Assembly: GCF_009914755.1 (NCBI RefSeq)
Contig: NC_060936.1
Length of the DNA stretch: 64,000 nt
From: the human T2T-CHM13v2.0 reference genome, Homo sapiens
Strand: one strand, 5' to 3'
Shown: in pieces, positions 54,701 to 64,000 of the stretch
Layout of the letters: every line of letters starts with the position of its first letter
Numbering within the stretch: position 1 is the first letter of the stretch
Notes under the pieces: model-generated
What the model saw: the letters and a program-made list of their open reading frames with translations, nothing else
Database searches by the model: none
What the model was told of the DNA's origin: nothing
Program-made: the position numbers and the translations under genes

Positions 54701-57700
54701 TTGGCTTTGAAGCTCTACTTAAATATATCCACTGGGGGGAAATTCTACAAAATGGTTGATTATGCTTTTAACACTTATAACTCTTAGAAAAAAATTTTTA
54801 AAGGCGGAAATCTATGTTCTGAAGGCTTCAACCCATTGGCTCTAGTTTTATTGCAAAGTATACACAGAGTCAGTCCACTAACCCTTTCCACAAGATTGCC
54901 TTTTAAGATTGGAGTTCAGTCATCATTCTCTTCTCCTGGCATTCTACTCTCTAGGCATACCCTTTGTTTATAATTATTATGTCATGGCTCCATGTAACTA
55001 AGAAAAAAAGGGAGTATATTTTGGGAGAGAGAAGGTTTGAAGAAATGACTCCTACTATGTGAGAGCTTTATTTGGGATAATTGTAAGAGCAGTTCCTGGT
55101 GCTCTCCTAGAATCAAGAAAATAGTATGTAGATGAAATTGGATATAATAAAATATAACCACAGATCATTAGGGCTCATTTTTCTTCCTTTCTTATCATGC
55201 AAAATTAATGAAAATATAGAGGGTGTCCAAAAACATACAAGTATATTGAAATATTTTACTGATGTTACTTTGTTGGCATGTTCAATGTGTCATCCCTTAT
55301 TAACAATACTTAGTTCAATGCACTGAGCAACACTGGAGTGAACACAGTGTGCAACCAGCTGCCATCAATTCCTGGCACCAGCATCTGAGATATGTTGCCT
55401 ACAATAACTATATCTCTGGTTTTCGCTGAATAAACCTGCATCTTCAGCTTACTCTAGAAAAAGTAATTACATCAATCTACATTTTTAAAATAAAATAATA
55501 TTACCTACATCTCTGGATTTCATAGCCAGCATCTATGTTTCATTACATTTTAGTTTTACTTTGTAATGATTACAACTTTTAAAAAATGATCAGTTTAAAT
55601 AATATTCCAAAATGTTGGCATACTTAATTTTATAAAACATAGGAGTATTTCTTTTTTAATCATAATTTCTATGTATATATTACAAAGCTATTACTGGATT
55701 AGGAAGCTCTGAAGGCCAGTGTGAAATCTAACACACATATAATGTTATATCTATGAAAAAATGTATCCATTCAAATGGTTTCAAGATTAATTTTCTGGAC
55801 ACAGACTTTAAATATTAAGTATTTCACTTTCACTACAAAATTTAAGTACCAAAGGAATTGAAGAAATACAGAAGCCTGTTTTCTAAAAAAAATGTATAGA
55901 TATTACTATGATGTTTGATGTGTATTAAATGTGACTTTGATCTTCCTGGCAGCCTAGGCAAAAAGAAAAAACATGAAAAAATATTCAATTATATTTGATT
56001 CATATCTGATAGGATAAAATACTTTTTAAGGGAAAAACAAATATTTTATTACTATATTTCAAACAGACTTTATCAAGGAGTATTAATAAGGGGAATTTAA
56101 ATAAGGCACATTTAGTAATATGTCTTCAACAAAAATATGCAATAGAAGACTGAAAAAATAATCCTAACAATGTTATGTATTACATATATCTTCAATAAAA
56201 TTTAAGAAAATAACATTAATGTCATCTAGTGAGGGTATTTTTGTGGGGGCTACAATCGAAGAAGTCAAGGAATATCTCTCTCTCATGAACCATGATCATT
56301 AATTTATGAGCGGAACCTAAATTAATAGAAAAGGCATGACTATTATTTTCTTTCTCTACTCAGGTGTGGCTGTTACAGGATATAGATGGAAGTTACCTCA
56401 AGTTTAAACTCTAATGAAAAAACCCATAATGCAGGTACCACGTGTTCATGCCTGAAAGAACTTCAAATACCAAACATGAATGTGCAAAATTAACACTCCA
56501 TTATAGAAGCTGAAAAACTGCCTACAATCTTCACCTGGATAAGAGGTTGCCAAACAAGTCGGCCGCCACAGCATCTAGGGCAAAAATTGGCCTCAAAAAG
56601 CAGCTTTGGATCTGCTTTAGTACCTGAAACAAGTGCTTGAAACTCCAAAATACCATAACAAATAATACTCTTTATCCATGTATTTCTTTACTCCAAAACT
56701 TCTCAAAGCTTTTAATTAGCTCACAAGCAATGTGGACCTCCCAAAGTAGGCACAGCATGTGCAGTAAACTTATCTAATCACAATGTCCCCATTTATTGGA
56801 GCATTTTGCAAGATTAATGTCTTATGGAATACAGTTTAGAAAATATCACCAGAGATGACACAAGCCTGAATATCTTAGCAACAGGTATCACAACCTCAGA
56901 AAAAAACAAAACAACAACAAAAAAAACCCTCAGTAATGTTCCAGTAAAACATCTGGTTTTCAGCAGCAATAATGCATCAAAGATCTTCCAACTGAAATTA
57001 ACCTTAAAACATTCTCCCATACACACAACTAAATGAACTAGGCTTCAGGAAGGCATTGCTTATCATTGTTGGAGAATTATTTTGTTATTTTGTTAAAATA
57101 ACAACAGCTTTGGCATACTTTATATTAAGCTGCTCTTTAAAATAATAATGTGACAACATAATCAGCTGCTTCCTGGAGGTGGAAATAGAAATTCAATGTC
57201 TTCAGTCTAAAGAGGAATGTTTTTCTATTCAATTATATCAGGAGGTCAATCAAGTCATAAATCTGAAGCTTCTAACTTAAGATAAATGAAAATGGAATGA
57301 CATTAAAATATTATACTGTTCATATCATTTAATGTTAAAAATAGTCTGTTAGTAGATAATTCCTTTTCATTCCTGTCATCAAAGAAGTATTTAAATACTG
57401 ATTTTGAAGTATCATCACTAGCCTGGACTTGATAATGATAATACCCAATAATTACTGCACCATGTGTAATAGTATACTCTTGTTAAAGTCATTAAATTCT
57501 TATAACAATCCTATGAGATCAGAATTACGCTATCCCTGTTTAACCAATGAGGAATGCTCTACAGACTACAGAAGGACACTATGAGAAATAAGGAGACATT
57601 TTCTTTATCTGTAAATTTTAACCACTTTTCTCACGTGCAAATAGCAAATTCTGGGAAGGTAATTGTTTTTAATTTGACCTAAGATATCTAACTCAAAATG

Positions 57701-58326
57701 GGGGGTAGGCACATAATCAATAATGCCAGCCCCAGGATTAAGAGAAATTCTTCTAGGTTTGCTACCTATTTTGCTGTTGTTAACAATATAGGTAAAGTTT
57801 ATAAATACTCTTCATTTGGGCATTTACATCTTTTATTCATTCAGGTTGTCTAGAAAAAAACATGTAATGGATATGAATTGTGTTATTGCAAATTTTACTT
57901 GCATCATCTTTTCTGCTTCATTTTGCTAATCATAACTGTGATGTAGATATTACCATAATTAAAAATGGCCAAAACATTAGCACATCAGTAATGACTACAG
58001 TGGATTAGCCATTCCTAGTATGTTAGTTTCAATTCTACCTCATTCTCTCAGGTTTTAAGAAAGCATATCAGAAAGAAATAAGCATTATGATAGGGATACA
58101 TTTGAGTCTACTTTAAACTACATAAAAAAGGAAAAACTGGCTCTTAGCCTTCCCTGTTTGGCGTTTCTCTGGTGAGGGGTTTGGTGGTTCAGAGTACATA
58201 AAGTTTTAAAGATCAAGAATCCGAAACCTGAAAATCAAAGAATCTGCATGTACCCTGGCAGGAGAAAAACAAATATCAAGATACTGTAGATGAGTCTAAT
58301 CAGGGAGCTGAATTAAATCAGACTAA

Positions 58327-58456
58327 GCCAGGCATGGTGGTGCATTCCTATAGTCCCAGCTACCTCAGGAGGCTGAAGCAAGAGGATCACTTGAATCCAG
58401 GAGTTTGAGTCCAGCATGGGCAACACAGAGTGACCCCGCCTCCCCTCGCAAAAAAG
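58327..58456 (+). mobile_element. FLAM (monomeric Alu)
   Basis: Single monomer; TSD agactaa on both sides. Confidence 0.85.
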
Positions 58457-61385
58457 ACTAAACCCCAGAAAGCAACAAGCTTCTCTATTTTATGGACATA
58501 AATCATGTCTCTGGATGTCCCAGTTTTGTGTCTCCCAATTTACCTGATCTTGAGGGAATTCATTTCCTAAAATCTCAGTCTTCTGCAGACAAATAAAGTC
58601 CACATATTGGACAGAAAGTCCAAAAGAAAACTTGGGAGACTGGAATCTTGCTTTTGAGATGTTGCTTCTGACATGTTCCAAGTAAAGAGTTTTAACTCTA
58701 AAAGGAATAAATCTCCCAGAGAACTGACTAAGTGAGGAAAATGTTGTCATTTTCTTTCTAGAAAATGCCAAACTGTTTGGTAAATGCCTATTAACTGGAG
58801 TAACACCATGAGAGTTAGCCTGATTTAATTGCCTCTGCATCTTGGGGTGGTAGTGGAAAAGACTGTAGGCTTCCCAGACAAAGCCATCTGGAGATGAGGG
58901 AGGGAGCTGTCTAGACAAAGAGCCAGCTAGCTTTAGAAAAGAAGAGTGTATGGTGACAAAGGCGAGTGAGACGGAAACAGGGTGGAATCACACAGAGTGT
59001 GTTCTCAGCAGGCATCAGACGTGGGTGGGAATCAAGCAGAGTGACGGAATCGACACTGCTGTCTGTCATCAGCCACTGCAAATTCCAGATTTGGCACAGA
59101 TCTCCTAACTGTGTAGCTTTTGCATGTGAGGCTATCTGTTGAGAAGAAAGATATTAAACAGGGTGGGGCCTATGTCTTGTATGCTGGGCAATGAACTTGT
59201 GAGGCCTCAAGCCTGACTTTTCAGAATTGCTTTCAGGATTACTTCCTGCTGCTGCCTAAACAAATATAATGAGTGACAGCCAGACACTGAGTTAGACATT
59301 GGGGATGAGACGAGGAAGAAAATATAGTTCTCCCTTCAGGTTGCTGAGCACCTATTAACACTCAGCCAAAATTGGAAGCAAAGGGAGAGGAAGTGCATTC
59401 AGAATATTCTTCTCACAGGAGGTCTCTGTGAGAAACTCATCATGCCAGAAGGCACCTGGCTGGTCCTTGAGAAGGGCTGAAGCATGCTTTTGTTGGGGGC
59501 AAGGGCAGGTGGGCTAGTGGCACTCTGGGCATGTGCATGCACGCATGTGTGGGCACACACAGAATGGTGCATATTGTGGAGCCTATGGGTCCTAAGTATG
59601 CCCACCTCTACCCTAAATATAAAATGATTGTATCAGAAAGCCTAATAAAAAGGAAAATGGCAAGTATGTTTTTAAAAAAAGTTCAAAATTAGTGGACAAA
59701 AAGTCCCACATGCTATTTTAGGTTGGGGCCCCTGCAAATAACACGGAGGTATCTGTACATCAACTCCCTGAGGCTGGAGTACAGCAGGAAAGCCAAGCCC
59801 TAAGGGGCTGGGATGCTCCTATCTGGAGAATTTGAGAGAAGAACCTGGTGTTCATGCTCCCTTCCGCCCACACACAGTTTATGCCTAATCAGGTTTAGGC
59901 ATGTAGAATTCAGCTCTCCTGGGAAGTCCTGAGTTTGTACAGACAACAGTCTCAGCACTTCGCCTTCCAGCAACCCCTTTCAGAAGCCACCAGTGTGCTG
60001 TAAAGTGCCTTTCATGTTTAAAAAAAGAAAACCCAAATAAAACCTCCAAATAAAAAATATTAGAAGTATTATTTTTTTAAATGCAAAATGTATCTACCAT
60101 TACTTCAAAATCTCATATTCCAACAGGTTTCTTAGGGGGGTTAAAAAAACGATTATTCAAATATTTTTTCTTCTCCACTTTTTGCAAAAATATTAAAGGA
60201 GGCACAATAAGAAAAAAACAGCCAAGAAAGTCCAGGAACTGAAGCCTCTAATAGGAAAAAAAAATCTTAATACAAAACAAATTTCTTGTATTATACTCTT
60301 TTGCCTAGGATTGAAAGGCATTTACCCTACCTAGAGGCCTGATATTCTAAAACAAAATCACTTGTATTTCCATTGCTTTGTTAAAATTAACTGTGTTCAA
60401 TATAAGATAAACATCATATAGCAGTAGGAATACATCTTTATAAAATAAATAAGATTAGACATTTTTGTTTGTCTGGTTAAGCTAGAAAATATTTGTTTCC
60501 TTACAAATGTTCCAAATTTTATTATCTATTTTCTGGTGATCTCCAACACATTTCTCAGATTTACTAAATTTAATGTAAAGAGGGTTTTCTCCGTCTACCA
60601 TAATCTTAAAATTGCATCCCATGTATTTAAAGAGTATTTTAAGTTCTTCACTGCATGTTGTAGCTATGCTTGTTTTTAACCTTTCTATACTTTTATCAGC
60701 ATAGCCCTAATTTAAAATACATTCACATGCTGCCACTCTAATCAATAACAAAAACAACAAAACTCAGTAACCAATAATCTCTACACTTGCCTAATACATT
60801 TATTTCAAATACAGTCCATCTTACATAGCAACAAAGAGTTGTTCTCTACACATTGTGAGCACACTTCCCTCAATCCAGGAATGAACTGCTGATTGCCAGA
60901 GATAGAGAGAAAAAGCCTTATCAAAGAGCATCTATTCTTAATTGTTTATGGGAAAACTATGCCACAATGTGTATAAAGAATAAATTAGAGTTTAAAACTG
61001 TGTATTTTTCATATTATAATTTGTGTATGACATTAATTGATAAACACAAGGTAAAGAAATAATTTCCTTTTATCACATGCCAAGTGTAGTGCTTCATTTT
61101 CATTATTATTTATCCAACACCTAAAATATTGCAGAGGGGAAATTTACTGCATTAATTTCAATCACTAGACATTTAAAGAATGTTCTGAGACACTTTAAAA
61201 ACATTATTTTAATTTCCTCTGTTTTCTCAGCATCATTCTGTTTAAATCAGATATTCTAGAGAACATTAAACTGGACAAATTAAGTCATTTTATATAATGT
61301 TCCCTCTAGTGTTCATAATTTTCAAAATGATTACACTCCGCCATCTATCTCTTTATATCTCTGAACCAAAACTACTGAGTCCTAG

Positions 61386-61997
61386 TGTATCAGAGTTTTC
61401 CAAAGCAAGAGAACCAATAAGAGATGTATAAACACACACACACACACACACACACACGGAGAGAGAGAGAGAGAGAGACTTATAAGAAATTGGCTGACAC
61501 ATAAGAATTGGCCCTCAACTGAGTGGATGAAGCCCACCACATTAGTTATGGAGAGGCTATGCAGTCCCAAGATCTGCAAGGTAAGTTGGTGAGCTGCAGA
61601 CTTAGAGGAGCCAATGATTCATTACAGTTTGAGTCCAAAAGCCTGAGATCCAGGAGAACCAATGGTATAGTTCAAGTTTAAAGGCCTGCAGGCTTAAGAC
61701 CCAAGAGGAGCCAATGGAGTCCAAAGGTAGAAAAAAAAAGGTGATGTTCTAGTTTGAAGGCAGTTAGGCAAGAGGTATTCTTTTATTTCAGAAGAGTCAA
61801 CCTTTTTATTCTACTCAGGCCCTCAACTGATTGGATGAAGCCCACCACATTAGGGAGGGCCATCTTATTTTCTCAGTCAGCCAATTCAAATGTTAACTTC
61901 ATCCAAAACACCCTCATGAGAACACTAGAATAATGTGTGACCAGATATCTCAGCACCCTGTTGGCCAGGCAGGCTGACATATAAAACAAATGATCAC
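61386..61997 (-). mobile_element. MLT2B-like ERVL solo LTR containing a (CA)n(GA)n microsatellite at ~61433-61478
   Basis: gagaaccaataagag...gtcccaagatctgca...actgattggatgaagcccaccacattagggagggc...ctgacatataaaa. Confidence 0.88.
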
Positions 61998-64000
61998 CCC
62001 AACCAATGATATTCCCAAATGTACTCCCTTTTGTTCTGTACTTGCTCCTAAGTCTCCCAAATTCCAAAGATTTAGGACATTAAAATATTTTCAAACAACC
62101 TGTATTCAAAAAAACCATATCAACAGGAAGTTTTCTTCTCCAGAAGAAAAATTATCCTTCTTTCTCACATTTACAAGAGCTCCCTGTTATTTATGTTAGC
62201 TGCCCCCATGAAAGAGTAATATCATCAAAATAAACTAAAAGAAAACATTAAGCCTAAGTTCAAATACCAATCTTCATTTGGCAACTTTCTCCAAAACTCC
62301 AAGAATATCATTAATTCTACAACATTAAAAACATTTTATGAAAATATAAAATGAAAACTAAGGGTACATGAAAAAATTATATTTTCATTTAAGCTTTCTT
62401 TATGCCTTGAAATAACCTTAAAATGAATAAGAAAAAATTAATGCACAAGTACTGAACATTCATCATGAATGGTTCAGAAATGAGTAGGGCCAGAGGTCAT
62501 TTGAGCTTCAGTCCCACAAAGGGCTGTCATTTTATAACACCATGACTTTCTGCAGTTTCAGAAAAGCAGTTTTGTTAGGTTCCCCCAGGCTGTAACAGGT
62601 ATGAAAGAATGGATTTACCATAGTCCAATAAGAAGGAAATCTATGTAAATCCCAAATTATCAATTTTTTAAGTGGAAGACAGTTTTTGACCCAAGAACTA
62701 GGAACACATCTGCATGGGACCTGTCCTTCTTTAGGGTTGGGAAAGAGGGAGGGTGTTCACCTGAAAGCAGAGTTAGCAACTGGCAGTTTGCTTGGTGAGA
62801 ACAGAACAGAGCTAAGATTATTATACTCCTTAGGGAATCTGAACAAGGTACCCCAAGGAACTGCCCTTCTCTACTTTGGGGATGTTTCATGTAAAGAGCA
62901 AGGTGGATTCATTAATAATCAAAACATCTTCCCTCTGAGCAGTGCTGGGGAAAAATTGCAAATTCTTTCTCTGCAACTCCATTTCCTTTTCTAGACTACA
63001 CGGGGACTGGTTTGCATTCATCATTACATCATTCTCCCTTATTTTTGGCTTACATAAATAGACTGTTGTCTGCTTCCTAATGACATAAAGGGAGGCACCT
63101 CAATGACACCAATGAAATGAAGCAAGAATTTGGTTTGGGGCTTGACTTTTTTCCCCCAGATAATTACCTCAATTATCCATTCCAATGGGAGGGATAAGGA
63201 AGTGAGGTAAGCCAGAAAAATGTGTCACAATGTATAATATTCACTTGCACCTTCACTAAAGTAGGATAAAGCAGACACTCAAATAAAGAGCTGGAGATAC
63301 GTTAAGGCAATATTATAAATTTTTGTTAAATGCCTTACATACAAAATGCCTGAAGCAAATTTTTACCTTGGTAAAGTTAAAATATTTATAGATGTACTTA
63401 TCTGTACATTGAATATATTATATAATCAATTTATATAAGAAGGGCTAAGAAGGGCAGATTAACTAGAAATATTTAAAAAGCAAATAATTGTCAATAATAT
63501 AAACCCAATAGAATATTTAAAGGTATACCAAGAAAATGTATGTAAAGAATAGGTTGTTAATAAATTTAGTTTTGGCAATAAGTCAATTTGAATAATAAAA
63601 CACATAGAGATTATCAAGAATTAGTATGAGTCAAGAAAAAAACTACCCAAAAAATGCCTGACTTTGACGAACCTGTATTAAATAATAAAACCTCAGCTGT
63701 CCAGCATTGTTGAGCAAGGTTCTCTTCCACCTAATTAACAGAGTATGCCAGTGGCTTTCTCTGTACTTCCTCGTGCTTTTACTCTCCCGCCTACCCAGCT
63801 TAATGTCTCCTGGCCCACTGGTATAATCACTCCTTTGCAGTCACCCCTGGTCCTTGCCATCAACCTGATTAAAAAACAACCACCTGATTATATCCACACA
63901 CATGCCTTCTATCTCCTTCAAGCAGCTGGATGTTGTGAGAGATACGATGACAAGACACATGTCACATTCATGTCCCAAAAGCTCAAGGAGTAGTAAGCAC

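Noticed and set aside
54264-54710. Longest ORF in the track (148 aa)
   Set aside because: Runs across MER112 and an L2 3' end; chance read-through of repeats
58490-58918. 142-aa minus-strand ORF
   Set aside because: Non-ATG start, non-coding-like composition, no homology recognised

Overview
This is primate, almost certainly human-like, AT-rich and CpG-depleted euchromatic DNA, not prokaryotic. It reads as intronic or intergenic sequence made largely of interspersed repeats: an L1PA 3' end at the window start, about 14 Alu/FLAM copies, MIR, L2, L3/CR1, older L1M fragments, MaLR/ERVL solo LTRs (THE1, MST, MLT1, MLT2, LTR33-like) and hAT fossils (MER20, MER5, MER81, MER112, MER119-like, Arthur1). 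No ORF in the supplied track is a recognisable cellular gene; the only recognisable protein remnants are L1 ORF2 and CR1 ORF2. I found no rRNA, tRNA or CRISPR and cannot support a new biological system. Three things deserve follow-up. (1) A small CpG-enriched promoter-like patch at ~27.7 kb (RFX and ETS/E2F motifs plus a donor site), followed on the minus strand by GT-AG-bounded candidate exons that splice into a 122-codon open frame of unknown identity; these exons were hand-picked, so this is a hypothesis. (2) A recurring set of local templated duplications with junction scars: two ~105-bp copies placed ~1.8-2 kb from their source, a 104-bp tandem hairpin unit and a composite insertion in an MLT2 LTR. 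(3) A strong CTCF motif at ~4.8 kb. Repeat subfamily names are from memory of consensus sequences and boundaries are approximate unless a TSD is cited.
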